DNA of 64,000 nucleotides from Diplonema japonicum (taxonomy: Eukaryota > Protista > Euglenozoa: Diplonemea). The translations under genes and the position numbers were made by a program. The stretch lies in assembly GCA_964019335.1 (NCBI GenBank), contig OZ025660.1:186001-250000 (forward strand), read 5' to 3'. Under the pieces are notes generated by a model. That model was not told the DNA's origin and ran no database searches. It saw nothing but the letters and a program-made list of their open reading frames with translations. This document shows positions 34,732-45,816 of this stretch, in pieces; position 1 is the first letter of the stretch; each line of letters opens with the position of its first letter.

Positions 34732-35076
34732 TCATCTAGTGTTTGATCCCTTCTGTCGTGGTAGTGCCTTAGGCCCGTCGTAGTATCTTTTCAGCAGCTT
34801 GGGCGTGAAACCAGCTAGCGAGTTGTTGAGGATGCAATGAGTTCGTAACTGTTCCTCTAGGATAGGGTGGGTGACCTTCGGGGATGCGAAGACCGGTCGA
34901 GTGGAGTACCCAGTGATGGGTTGGCTGTGGAGCCCTAGGGTACGCAATGAGTGTACTGATTTCTTAGGTTCTGCTGGAATCAGGTGACTCCCCGTGCCTT
35001 TTTGGTAAATCCTGTCCAAAACTCTTAGGATTCCGCCGATTTTTCTTGCCCAGCTCGCTAGGTCTTCACCCTCCAT
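34732..35076 (-). CDS. Hypothetical protein or exon (114 aa)
   Basis: Complex GC-richer ORF preceded by a CAACAG acceptor; may belong to the cryptic gene downstream. Confidence 0.55.
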   Translation of the reverse strand: MEGEDLASWARKIGGILRVLDRIYQKGTGSHLIPAEPKKSVHSLRTLGLHSQPITGYSTRPVFASPKVTHPILEEQLRTHCILNNSLAGFTPKLLKRYYDGPKALPRQKGSNTR

Positions 35077-35276
35077 GTGGATCCTTTCTGTTGCAATTAC
35101 AAAAAAAAATAATAAAAAAAAAAGTCAGCCCCCAAGAGTAGATCAAATCGTCTGCAAGGTGAATTTAAACAAAAAAAAAAGAAATTAGGGTTTCCCTGAT
35201 CTAGGAATCCCTGTCCCCCCCCAAAAAAAATCCCTCCCTACACATTTTCAAACCCCCTTTCCTTGCCGGTTGTCTT

Positions 35277-36953
35277 CTAAATACTGATAAAAGAAGAAGA
35301 ACACAAGGTATGCGATGGACCATAAAGAGCGCTGGAGGAATAAAGCGTAGAAAGTGGTTCGATAGGTTCTTCAAAAAGCTGAAGTGAAGTTTGGGAATAA
35401 GAGGCTTGCAGAGCAGGGATGGTGGTAGACACCAGGTCATCAAATGTTGGCCGTTCATGGGCACTGAGGAAACACGGTGCTACCAAAGCATCCCAGAGCC
35501 TATCGGGGCAAGAATCAGGCCTCTGTAAAATCTCCCCAGACAAAATGCGGTGTTCGGTCATGGTTGACGTGGGCTCACTAAAGGGTGGCGATTGGCAATA
35601 GGAAAGCACCTCCCAAAGGAAGACCCCAAAGCTCCAAACATCACTCTTCTTAGTAAACAAACCCGATTTAAGCGATTCGGGCGACGTCCAGCCCACAGGT
35701 ACCTCACTGGTGCTTTTGTACAGCCCGCTGTCCAGTTCTCTTACCAAGCCAAAATCACCCAGCTTATACACATCACCCGACTTGAAGATATTCCTTGCTG
35801 CAACATCCCTGTGTATGTAGCCGTCCTGATGGATCGACATCATGGCGAGAGCAGCTGACATGGCGATGGTGAGGAACTCTGAAATGGTGAAGAGTTCGTC
35901 GTCTGCCTTGCGTTTCCGTAGGATGCCCTCAAGGCACCCTTCCCTGCAGTACTCCATCACCAGGAACAGCTTGCTTTGGTACGTGCAGTGACCGAAGCAC
36001 TGAACGATGTTAGGATGCGTCACCGCCTGTAACCGCAGTGCTTCTGTTTCAATCTCGCTTGTGAACAGCATCTCCTTCACAGCCACGTCGACCCCCCGCC
36101 ATGTCCCTGCATACACCTTCGATGAATGCCCAGACGCTATCTTTTTGATGATATGCAAATCCTCATGTTTGATGCCCTGACGAGGTGGCGGGACGCAAGG
36201 CGGGGCGAGGGAAGGGAGCATTGGGAGGGAGAAGCCTTCGATGGGAGGTGTTTTCAGAACAGAAGACGACATAGTGTCCGTGTGAAGGGACGGCGTCGAG
36301 GCTGCCTTGTTCACCACGCTGTTCGTCCTTGACCGTGTGCTGTGCGCGTCGGTAGAAAGCTGCCTCACAGCAATGACAGTGTCCAGCATCCCATCTCCCG
36401 TGGTGTCCACCACGACAGAGTCCCGTACACCGTCACCAGTGGTGTCCACCATTCTGGGAGACATTTCGCTCCATTTCGCGACACGATGCCTTGACCGCAA
36501 GGGGCTCGAGAAAGAGTCGTTGGGTGGCGTTCTGTTCTTATGTATAAGAGTGGGCACCAACACCTTCGGGAGCAGTACTCCTCCTAAACTCCATCCCAAC
36601 ACCATCCCAGCCGACAGGTGCCCGAACATCGGGAACAGTGCCGTGCATCCTACTTGAAATGCTGCCAGTGGGTATGTGTGTTTCCGGAGCAGCCAGTCTG
36701 AGTTGCCCACAATACCCGCGAAGGCCCTGCACGACAGTGATAGTGTTGCCACACGCGCCATCAGCGCGTAATCGGCTGCCATGAGCCCTCCCTCCTTTGT
36801 CTTGTGGGACAGCCAGCAGCCCCCCATACACATCGCGACTTGCATCACCCGCGCCTTCGCTAGCTCTGCCTCAACCTGCAGTTCACCATAATCCTCACTC
36901 TCTTCATCTAGTGTGGATCCCTGATCCCGTGATCTACTCGTCAACGTAGCCAT
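35277..36953 (-). CDS. Protein kinase with tyrosine-kinase/TKL motifs and N-terminal hydrophobic segments
   Basis: VAVK, LVMEYC, HRDVAARN, DFGL, PVGWTSPE, SDVWSFGVFLWE, RPDSCPD, RPTF. Confidence 0.92.
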   Translation of the reverse strand: MATLTSRSRDQGSTLDEESEDYGELQVEAELAKARVMQVAMCMGGCWLSHKTKEGGLMAADYALMARVATLSLSCRAFAGIVGNSDWLLRKHTYPLAAFQVGCTALFPMFGHLSAGMVLGWSLGGVLLPKVLVPTLIHKNRTPPNDSFSSPLRSRHRVAKWSEMSPRMVDTTGDGVRDSVVVDTTGDGMLDTVIAVRQLSTDAHSTRSRTNSVVNKAASTPSLHTDTMSSSVLKTPPIEGFSLPMLPSLAPPCVPPPRQGIKHEDLHIIKKIASGHSSKVYAGTWRGVDVAVKEMLFTSEIETEALRLQAVTHPNIVQCFGHCTYQSKLFLVMEYCREGCLEGILRKRKADDELFTISEFLTIAMSAALAMMSIHQDGYIHRDVAARNIFKSGDVYKLGDFGLVRELDSGLYKSTSEVPVGWTSPESLKSGLFTKKSDVWSFGVFLWEVLSYCQSPPFSEPTSTMTEHRILSGEILQRPDSCPDRLWDALVAPCFLSAHERPTFDDLVSTTIPALQASYSQTSLQLFEEPIEPLSTLYSSSALYGPSHTLCSSSFISI

Positions 36954-37031
36954 CTCCTGTTATATGATACAAATTGGAAAGGAGATATCTATGAGTACAG
37001 TAGTGTCAATGAAAGGAGCGGAAGCTTCTTT

Positions 37032-38474
37032 TTAAGTCTTGCGGTTTGTCAAAAGCCATATCTCAAGCACGGCCTCGAGGACGGAGTCTGCGCTCGCGTA
37101 CTGCGCAGGGTCCCCCAGGTCGGGGATGAGGTTGCACGCACGCTCGATAAGTGTTTTGTTTTTCTTTCGAAAGGAAGACTCCAAGAGGTCGCAGTCATCG
37201 TCCTCCAAACAGGCCTCAAGCCTGGCAAGCTCCGTCTGCAGGGCAGCGTTTTCCTGTTGCAGGTCGAGGATCTTTGCTTCGGACGAGCGGATCCTTTCCT
37301 TAAGGATCTCGACGTGCGCCTGCACGACACGGTTTTCGGATACAACGTCCTCCTTGGAGTCGCTGAGTGCCTCGACTAGCTTCTTGTACTCCGCAAGCTT
37401 CGCCTCCGTCTCTTCTTTGTACGCAGAGGCCACGCGTTCAAGTTCGTAAATTTTAATATTCTTCTCATCGGAGATGATTCTGAAGGTCTCCTCGATGGCT
37501 TGTATCGTTCTGTCGAACTCCATCTTCAGCCGCCCTGTCATCGCCACCTTCTGTGTCAGATCCGCGTTCTGCTTCTCCATTTCGATGATCTTCTTCTTAT
37601 GCTGCGAGCACGCCGTTTGCAACTCGAAGTACGTCTTGCCCTCCCGCACGGAGGCATACAGCTCCTCTACGTCAGTCTTCACCTTTGTTTGCAAATGTTG
37701 TAGCTTGGTGCTCAAGTCGTCAGACGTCCTCAATGCAGCTTCTTTCTCCCTCCGTGCTGTCCCCGCCTCTCGCATGGCGCTTGTCTTGAGCTTCTTCATC
37801 CCTCTGGCATACCTGTCATACTCTTTGAAGACCTGGTGCAGGATGCCGCCGTACGTCTTGAACTGCGCAACAAACTGTCTGGAACAGTCTCTGAACACAC
37901 TGAGACGGTCCTCCATGTACTTGCAGAGCTCCCGTTGCGTGGGGAGCTGCTTGACACGTAGTTTGTTGTTGATGCCAGCAAGCTCACAGTGGATGTGACT
38001 TTCCATATCTTTCAGCAGCTGCGGTGCTCCTTCAGTGCGCGTGAAAGGATGTTGTACTGCGAGGAGTGACTCTTTCGTCTCAGGCGTGCACTCCTCGAAA
38101 TCGTCAAACTGCAACGAGACATCCATCTCATGACAGGGCGATGCGAGGGGCAGCTTCCCTATGTCCAGCACGTCCGCAGGCTCTAGCAGGCTGTCAAGCG
38201 GCCCTGGCTGCTCCGGGGCACTGCTCGGTGCCTGCCTCTGGATTTTACTCTTCTGCACATCGCGTATTTCCTGTGGAGACCACCTTGCCACTCTGTGCCT
38301 GTATGCTGTCGCATTGGTACTCTCCTTCCCTGGCCACCTCTCGAACGATTTCTTCCTGCTAGCGTTCGGCTTCTTCTTCCTGCTGTCTGTCAATAACTCC
38401 GACACAACAGGGAGCTTCTGCACTGTGTCCAGGATCTCCAGCGTCGAAGGGGCGTACTTCTTATAAGGGTCCAT
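37032..38474 (-). CDS. TSNAXIP1-like coiled-coil protein
   Basis: RLSVFRDCSRQFVAQFKTYGGILHQVFKEYD matches the TSNAXIP1 N-terminal motif; followed by coiled coil. Confidence 0.7.
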   Translation of the reverse strand: MDPYKKYAPSTLEILDTVQKLPVVSELLTDSRKKKPNASRKKSFERWPGKESTNATAYRHRVARWSPQEIRDVQKSKIQRQAPSSAPEQPGPLDSLLEPADVLDIGKLPLASPCHEMDVSLQFDDFEECTPETKESLLAVQHPFTRTEGAPQLLKDMESHIHCELAGINNKLRVKQLPTQRELCKYMEDRLSVFRDCSRQFVAQFKTYGGILHQVFKEYDRYARGMKKLKTSAMREAGTARREKEAALRTSDDLSTKLQHLQTKVKTDVEELYASVREGKTYFELQTACSQHKKKIIEMEKQNADLTQKVAMTGRLKMEFDRTIQAIEETFRIISDEKNIKIYELERVASAYKEETEAKLAEYKKLVEALSDSKEDVVSENRVVQAHVEILKERIRSSEAKILDLQQENAALQTELARLEACLEDDDCDLLESSFRKKNKTLIERACNLIPDLGDPAQYASADSVLEAVLEIWLLTNRKT

Positions 38475-38520
38475 GTTGCACCTGGTTGCATGGAGGCAGC
38501 AAAATTATCAGTTTTACATA

Positions 38521-39516
38521 TTAAAAATCGAGCAGCTCTTCCAAGGCGGCGGTGTTAAAGCCATCACCAGGCCTGTCCGGAGGGCACGGGTTGTACCACT
38601 CAGGCAAAGACGAGAAAAGGTGATGACTGGGAGTAAGATACAATTGCATAAGGGTCAACTGGAGGGCCTCTTCATGCGTGAGGAGGGAAAGGGCAGTGGA
38701 ATAGTCCGCAGTGAGGAAAGCGGCCGAGCTGGGAGTATTGAGGGATTTGAGATGCAGTGCGGCAATCACACGACGCGAGTCGCTGAGGTAGGAGAGACCT
38801 TTGGGGATAGCCTGATAGACAAGGGGGAAGAACTCCTCGTCTAGGGAATCCCTGCGGGACATAGCGAGGAACATGCCTGCAACGGCTTTAGTAAGGCGAG
38901 TCTCGTGCAGGCTGAGAGCTTCGCTGGCTACGATCTTAGGAAGGTTCTCCTCGATGGTCTTCTTGAAGAACCATTCTGCAGAGCTCCATTCCATTTGCTT
39001 CAGATCGGCGTGTCCTTTGGATAAGTTGTCCAGTGTGCCGGCTGTCCGGACGGAGCCAGCTCGATACGTGTGGTCGTGTGCTAGCAGGAACCTCTCGACT
39101 GTGTCCTCAGCTGCGGAGTAGCTGAAGCACGTTTGCTCTTGCACGATCTCTTGTCGTGAGATGCACAACGTGGTTGGTGCTGTCTTGATGCTTAGGTGCT
39201 GACACAGGCCAGGGTTCTCATCGACATTGAGATGCCGGGTCACAATCTCCTCGTTCACCCTCGAGGCCCGCATTCTCGCATATGCTATTTCTAGACAACT
39301 CGTTTGTCCCAAGCTCTCGGGGTGCCCCTCTTTGTAACAGTCGATGATCATCGCCTCGTGCTTTTCGATCTCCTCACCAAAATTGCTTTCATTAACCTTT
39401 TCTCTTTCACTATACAGTCCGCTCCGTTCAAGTGCAGTGGCGTTGCTTCCCGTCCATTGCAGTGCGCACCTTGCTCTGTCCACTACAGAGGCCATGAGGG
39501 GGGCCGTGCGCCGCAT
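38521..39516 (-). CDS. Thioredoxin-like (no CxxC) plus helical/TPR-like protein, probably mitochondrial
   Basis: Presequence-like MRRTAPLMA; KVNESNF..MIIDCY..LNVDENPGLCQHLSIKTAPT resembles the thioredoxin fold of YbbN/CnoX-type proteins. Confidence 0.65.
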   Translation of the reverse strand: MRRTAPLMASVVDRARCALQWTGSNATALERSGLYSEREKVNESNFGEEIEKHEAMIIDCYKEGHPESLGQTSCLEIAYARMRASRVNEEIVTRHLNVDENPGLCQHLSIKTAPTTLCISRQEIVQEQTCFSYSAAEDTVERFLLAHDHTYRAGSVRTAGTLDNLSKGHADLKQMEWSSAEWFFKKTIEENLPKIVASEALSLHETRLTKAVAGMFLAMSRRDSLDEEFFPLVYQAIPKGLSYLSDSRRVIAALHLKSLNTPSSAAFLTADYSTALSLLTHEEALQLTLMQLYLTPSHHLFSSLPEWYNPCPPDRPGDGFNTAALEELLDF

Positions 39517-39699
39517 TGATGCTGATGCACAAGATTAAATTCTCTGTTCTTTTTTTACTTTTGTTTCAACAGTGGTGGTGGTGGGGGAGGAATAATAACA
39601 AAAAAAATCTACGGGATAAAGAAAAAAACTAGTGTTCTGCCCCCCTTTTTTTCTACTCCTCCCCCATCCCCCCCTTTTCCCCCCCTTTCCACCCCATTT

Positions 39700-40440
39700 C
39701 TATAAATTCGCAAAGTTTGGCTCTTCTGTAACTACCCCGTTCACAATATCTGTAACGCCATGCATGGTGCAGGTGGCGTAGCCGCAGTTGTCTAAAAGGA
39801 CGGGTGTGTTGAAAACGGTGCTGGTGAAGCACCACCAGAAGTGCCCGTGTCCAATGGCCACAACGGTAGCAGTGGGGGGGAGGGTGGATAAGAAGTGAAG
39901 GAAGCTCTTCACACGGTGCGTCTGTTGCTCAAACGTCTCCCGATGAAGGTCGACGCGTCCAGTGCTGACATCTAAGCTGGTGATGATGGGGGTGTCACGG
40001 CTTCCTGACTCCAGGGCCAGGTCACGCCTGGAGTACAAACGTGGCACATGGTCCCACTCCCATTGGGCCTGGTCCTTCACGTAGCTAATGGCGTCTGTCC
40101 GAGACTGCCCACTGTCACACAGCCTGCCAAGTCCGCCGTCACGTTCACGGATGTCAGGCAGCACGATCTTTCTCTTCGCAGTTATTCCCTTTCCTTCGGA
40201 GAAGATATCTGCCGTCTCCAAGGCTCTCCTCAGCGGCGAGACCACTATGACATCACCTGTCACATTGATGCCGCGTGCCTGTTCCTTACCTACCGCTGTC
40301 AAGCCAGGGTCGAGAAGACTGTAGCCTTTTGCCCTTCTCTTCAGCATCTCGTTACCTCGCAACGCCCGCGCTTCTCCCAACAGTACATTGTGAAATGCCT
40401 GTCCGTGTCGCACCAGCACAACACGCTGTCCGCCTAGCAT
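39700..40440 (-). CDS. Histidine phosphatase (phosphoglycerate-mutase-like) family protein
   Basis: LVRHGQAFHN, DPGLTAVGKEQA, SPLRRALETA, IGHG. Confidence 0.92.
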   Translation of the reverse strand: MLGGQRVVLVRHGQAFHNVLLGEARALRGNEMLKRRAKGYSLLDPGLTAVGKEQARGINVTGDVIVVSPLRRALETADIFSEGKGITAKRKIVLPDIRERDGGLGRLCDSGQSRTDAISYVKDQAQWEWDHVPRLYSRRDLALESGSRDTPIITSLDVSTGRVDLHRETFEQQTHRVKSFLHFLSTLPPTATVVAIGHGHFWWCFTSTVFNTPVLLDNCGYATCTMHGVTDIVNGVVTEEPNFANL

Positions 40441-40920
40441 GCATTGGGCTGTTTAAACAGGATGAGCTTTCTGTTTTCTTTTCGAAAAAAAAAAGGGGAA
40501 TAATAAAAAAAAAACCAAAAAGACTGAGACAGGAATTCTATAGCTAATAATACCGAGGGGGGAGAGGAGAACAGAAGGAAAAAGATCTGAAATCTAATAG
40601 TAAGTAAAAAAAAAAAATACAGGGAAAGGTGGATTAAAGGAAGAAACAAAATGGATGGGGGGGGGTCACGTTTTTTTGTTCTTTTCTTTTCTTCTCCTTC
40701 ATTTTCTTCGTCTTTGTTTTCCCCTCGTTTCCCCCGGTGCTTTCTTTTTTTCTTTCCTTTTTTCTTTTTTGATTTGTTTTCCTATACATTAAAAAAACAT
40801 TTTGCACTTTTTCCTCGATTTCTTCAAACAAATATGGAGTACAAGGAAGGGGACGGCACACTGGTTTCTTTCCCCCTTTTCCCCCCTTTTTTTTTCATTC
40901 ACTTTAAAAAAAAACTCCTC

Positions 40921-43046
40921 CTACATGATGAACATAAAATCGAAATCTTGTGGTTCAGATCCTTCGATAATCAACTGTGAGAAAATCTTTATTTTACTTT
41001 TTTACCACATACAGATATAGGCAGATCAGGAGGAAGATTGTTTTCGGCTATGTAAGTGTCAACTGTTGAGACATGTAAGCCTCGCGCCACAGGGCCGAGG
41101 GGGATCGAAGACCCAGCCCAAACCGTGACAGCGCGCTGGTGGAAGATAAGAAAGACCAATGAAGAAGAGAGGCTTTTTCTCTGGAAAGGCACTTCCTTGA
41201 ACCTGAATGAGGTTGGCGTGAGATGATGGACCGACACCATTTTGCTTGGGGCCCTCAGCGAGAGGCCAAGGCGGGCCACCAGACGCGCGTCAAGGTGCTG
41301 CCGTTGTGCTGGGTTCCCGCTTCCTAACCGTGCTGTCCCCACTGCCCCACATGCTAGCCCTTGTGCGGTTGTGAATCCTTTCAGCACCCTTTCGCAGAAC
41401 CTCCGCTTCCCTTCGTCACGGCAGAGCAGCCCCGCTCGGACGCCGTCTTCGACAACGATGCAGGGAGTGTCCTCTACTGACTCCAGGCACACAGGTACTT
41501 CACACAACTGAGCGTTTCCATCCCCTAGCATGTTCACTTGCAGCACTCTTATCTCCACACCATCCAGCACCCCTCCTGTCAGTACCACGCTGAAAGGAAA
41601 CAATTTCTCAAACCCCCTCCCCTCCGCCTCGCTGAACACACGGTGGAGTGTCGTCTTCGCGCCTCTCGCATCGGACCTTGTGCACACCTCAGAGAACCCC
41701 AAGTTCGCATCGTTCTGCGAAGCGTGCCTTCCGATCCACAGCCACACTTCCAACGGACGCCCTGCTTCAATGAGGTACACCTTGTCCGAGTGGAAGGTCA
41801 CACCGAAATCCCTCTGCACGATGGGACCGCCCTGCGTCATGACCCACACGGTGGCAGGGGCGTGCTTCGCAAAGGACACCTCCGGCACGCTGGGGTGTTG
41901 GAGAGTAGACATCTGAGGGGCAGCTTCGGGTACTGCCATCCCATAAGCTGACACAGACGGTTGTACAGGAACCGATGGCTGCATCGAAGGCACCACCGAG
42001 GAAGGGTGCTCGGATGGAGGCGGGGCAGCTGTAACTTCTCCGTTCAACATGCTCATAACACGCTGCTGGTAGCCCTCTAAGTCCGCTCGTAGGGCTTGGT
42101 ACCTGTCCTCTGCGTTGTTACTCTCAGTCGACGGTGCGGGCCTTGACAAGCGTTGCTCCTGCCTTGTGTCAACTATGGGTAGGTGCGCAGTAGAGGCTGA
42201 CTGTGGCGGCAATGGCTGACTGTGGGGCTTCTTCCTCTCTAGGCCGTTGATAATCTTCTCGATGTCGTCAAGGGCTTGACACGTGGGATCCTGCTTGCCT
42301 TGCATCATATCCACCGCATCCTCCAACTCCTGCATCGACCGCTCAAGCTCTACATTACCAGAGTGGGTGGGCGTGCGGTGGGACTGTGTCACGAAGCTGT
42401 TCTGGCTGGGGGCAGGGGCAGGAACGGGTATGGGGGTTGGGACATGACGGGGTGTTCTTGGTTTGATATGGTACGCCTGCCTGGGAAGGGCGGCGATAGG
42501 CTCCGTGCCGAGCAACGGTGGCTGCATAGCTGGGGGGGCTGCCATAGGCACATAGGTCGGAACAGGAGCGAGAGGGCTAGGTGGGCCCAAAGGAGGCGGG
42601 CTTACAGCAGGTCTCCTTTCCCTCAAGGGTGACATATCCTTTACAGGTTCCGGCAAGAGCAATGGGCTTCCGCTAGTTAGCTTCTCAGCTACACGCTTCT
42701 TGGCGTTTCGCTTGATTTTCTCTACGACAGCTTCGCCACTCTCCCTCCCCTCCGCCTCGGCGGCAGTCTTGTCGATATTCCTCTCGCCTTTCACGTACCG
42801 TCCATTGCCCAGTACATCCGCTGCCATGACCTCCTCCAGCAAAGCTTTCTCCTTCTCCCTTACATTGTACTTCTGGTGCAGTGCCTTCATCAAGTCCTCC
42901 TCAGCACCGTCCCATTCCTCAATGATCTCGGGAATCGTCGGCAACTTCGACGGGTTCCTGCTCTTGTAGAACTGCCACAAGGAGTACGCCAGTCTGGTGT
43001 TCAAACCTCGGACGGCGCATGCTTGCTCTATTTCCTGGAATATCAT
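40921..43046 (-). CDS. Pro-rich protein with C-terminal gelsolin/villin-like repeats; intron 40975-41012
   Basis: DKVYLIEAG..VWLWIGRHAS..EAEGRGFEKLF and LVFLI..VTVWAGS. A 38-nt GTATGT..CACAG intron restores the gelsolin tail LIIEGSEPQDFDFMF. Confidence 0.8.
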
Positions 43047-43174
43047 CCCTGTTCTCCTTTATGACATATTACTTTATTTTAGAAGCCTCCGACCTGTGTG
43101 GGTGTGGTGGTGCTTTATAACAAATTTATCAACGAGAGAAATAATGCGAGATTGTTGTGCTTGCAGGGTGTGGC

Positions 43175-44794
43175 TCAGGCCACGGTCCCACCCAGCACCT
43201 TATCAATGTCCGCCACGTCCTGTTGTAACACCCTCAGTGCCTCGGAGTGCTCGTCGCTGTCTACGAAGGTTGTGGAAATCTTCTTGTTGATGCTTTCTAT
43301 CTGCCCCTGCAGCCTGTCCCTCGTCTGTCTGCCCTCCCTTTCAAGGCGTGCTGTGTAAAGCTGCACTGTCTCCTTCACTGTAGTGCGCTGCTGGTCCGTG
43401 AGCACCACCACCGCGTGTGCCGCATCCAGGGGTCTGCTGTCGAAGTCCAGCGAGCGCTGCGAGTCGAGGTAGTGCGCAACGAGGCTCTTCTCGCTGTCCA
43501 GCTCCGCAACCCTCGCCCTGATCGCAGAAGGGAGGTCCAGCGCCGCCTTCTGTTGCGCCTCTTCCTTCAGTGCCTCCTTCCTCGCTGCAACCTCTTCCAG
43601 CCTCGCCTTCATGGCGCGCGTCATCTCGTCCGCCGCCGCCCGCTCTGACGCGTGCCGCTCCCCGAGCTCCTTCAGGAGCTGGCCCTGCTCCACCAGCGCC
43701 GCCTGTACGTCCTTCTCCCTCTTCTCAGCTTCTGCGACCCGGCCCTTTCCTGCCTCCGCCTGCTGCCTCGTCTCCTTCACCTCTGCCTCCTGCGCTACCA
43801 GACCCTCCCTCTCCGTCCCCGTCTGCTTCTGCAACGCTTCCAGCAGCTTCTTCCCCTCCTCCGCCTTCAAGCGCCCCTCCGCCGCCTGCCTCTCCAGGTC
43901 GTGCGTCACTGCCAACACCTCCGACACGTTCGTCGCCATCACGCGCGCCGCCTTCATCGCCTCCCTGTAGTGGTCCCCCGCCGCGAGGAGCGACACCCCC
44001 AGCTCCTTCCTCACCAGCGGGTCCCTGTAAAGCTCCTCCACCACGTTGCAGTGTTTCGAGAGCCTCGCGTGCCTGTTGGCGTAGGTGTGGCGACTCTGTG
44101 GCCCTGCGCTCCCTCCTTCTTCTTCTGCTGCGGTCTCCGTCGCTGCTGTCAGCACCTCCTCCTCCCTGTCCATCTCCTCCAGCACCTCCGCAGTCTTCTG
44201 CAGCTTCTTCCTCTGCTCCACCACCTTGTCCACCTCAGGGTACCGAAGAAGAAGAAGCTTCTTTTCCGCTCCCCCTTCTTCACACAGCAGCGCTTCCTCC
44301 AGCTCCTTCTTCCTCCTCTCCAGGAACTCGGGGTCCAAAGGCTGGTCCGCCGGGAGCGACGGGTTCTCCATCCTCAGCATGCGCTGTCCCTCGGCCACCT
44401 GCTCTGCGAAGTGCCTCTGCGCTTGCCCACACACCCCTTCCCACGTCCTCTCCACCTTCTCCACCCCCTCCTCCAGAAGGGCTCCCGACTGCTTGTACCT
44501 CTGCACCTGCTCCTTCGCTCCCTCCACAGCCTTCTCTAGCACCCCCAGCTCCTCTCTCATCGCTGTGTTCCCTTCACGGAGTTCTGTCTCGTGCGCCTCT
44601 ACCTTCCCCTTCTCCCCGCTCACCGTGTCGCACACCTCCTCCAATCGGGCCAACGTCTTCCCCTCCTCGTCCACCTGCGTCTGCAGCGCCTCCTCCATCC
44701 TCGACGACGTCACCAGCTGCGTTGCCTTCGCCTTCAGCTCCTCGTACATGTCGGTCGCCACCTTCGCCGGCTTCAGGGCCTGCTGAGCCATCAT
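43175..44794 (-). CDS. Glu/Ala-rich coiled-coil protein
   Basis: Long ORF with strong GAG/AAG/GCG codon bias starting at MMAQQ (44794); a short extra 3' exon near 43080-43093 is possible. Confidence 0.85.
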   Translation of the reverse strand: MMAQQALKPAKVATDMYEELKAKATQLVTSSRMEEALQTQVDEEGKTLARLEEVCDTVSGEKGKVEAHETELREGNTAMREELGVLEKAVEGAKEQVQRYKQSGALLEEGVEKVERTWEGVCGQAQRHFAEQVAEGQRMLRMENPSLPADQPLDPEFLERRKKELEEALLCEEGGAEKKLLLLRYPEVDKVVEQRKKLQKTAEVLEEMDREEEVLTAATETAAEEEGGSAGPQSRHTYANRHARLSKHCNVVEELYRDPLVRKELGVSLLAAGDHYREAMKAARVMATNVSEVLAVTHDLERQAAEGRLKAEEGKKLLEALQKQTGTEREGLVAQEAEVKETRQQAEAGKGRVAEAEKREKDVQAALVEQGQLLKELGERHASERAAADEMTRAMKARLEEVAARKEALKEEAQQKAALDLPSAIRARVAELDSEKSLVAHYLDSQRSLDFDSRPLDAAHAVVVLTDQQRTTVKETVQLYTARLEREGRQTRDRLQGQIESINKKISTTFVDSDEHSEALRVLQQDVADIDKVLGGTVA

Positions 44795-45816
44795 TGTGTA
44801 CAGTGTCAACTTTGTTGATGAGTTGGTGGGTTGAATACAGATAACGGCAAAAATAAACAAGTAGGCAATGAATGTGGACACAAACACCCTGCGAGGCATT
44901 GCCCGCTCCCCACAGAAAGAAAGGTGTAAAGAAACCGGTTACAGTCGGTATCAGGAGATGCAGTGTGCCATCGAAATCTGGTTGGCAGAGAATGTCGGTG
45001 GCATGGTAACAAGCCCTAGTTCTCAATAAATAAAAGAGCTACCTCACGATAAGGCGCGATGCCCACCGTGCAAAGGAACAACAACACTACGGCGATCCCC
45101 CGCACTCACAAGTTGTCAGTTGTGATGGTGTAACTTGCGACATTCAGTACGAGCGAAGCGACCTGTACCGTGCCCATTGTCCTGAAGGATACAACACCAT
45201 TATTAACCGTCCATTGACTTCCTTGGCCCGAGGCTGAATCCGTTCTGTTCTCTGGTCTCATTCTCCATCTCCAACAACACCTCCTCTTCGCCAAGGGCCC
45301 TACACAAGACAGACATATTAAAATCTGTGGAGAGCTAATTGAGAAGAGTGGAACAGGGAAAAGAGTGGGTCGCAACAAGGGCAAATAAGGTCAGAAAAAG
45401 ATGGATAGCCGCACGAGTAATGAAAAAAACAGAAAAAATAAACACAAATAAAAGTAAAACCTAAGAAAAAGTGAAAATAGAAAAATATCATAGTCGTAGT
45501 ACTGTAATAAAGGGAAACGGGGTGTGGGTGGGTGGGTGGGTGGGAGAACTAAGATTTCCCGTTACATTTACCTTACTAATTTAAATACGGCGAAATCCTT
45601 TTTTTTTTTTTTTTTTTTTTTTTCCCCGTTTTTCTCTCTCCATTTTGTTGTGAATTGCGGGAGGAAGGATATGAATAGTCCTCTCCAATTAAGAGAAGTA
45701 CTTCTGCATTCCCGCCTTCTTGGTGTCGCGTACGCCTAGATCATCCTCACTCACCGCACGTCCGTTTCCCTAAATCCCTAAATAACCTTCATAAACTACG
45801 GGCTCCATTTTAAAGG

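Noticed and set aside
45201-45770. Possible exons GNGRAVSEDDLGVRDTKKAGMQK and ALGEEEVLLEMENE..
   Set aside because: Phase-compatible but with no start or homology; insufficient support.
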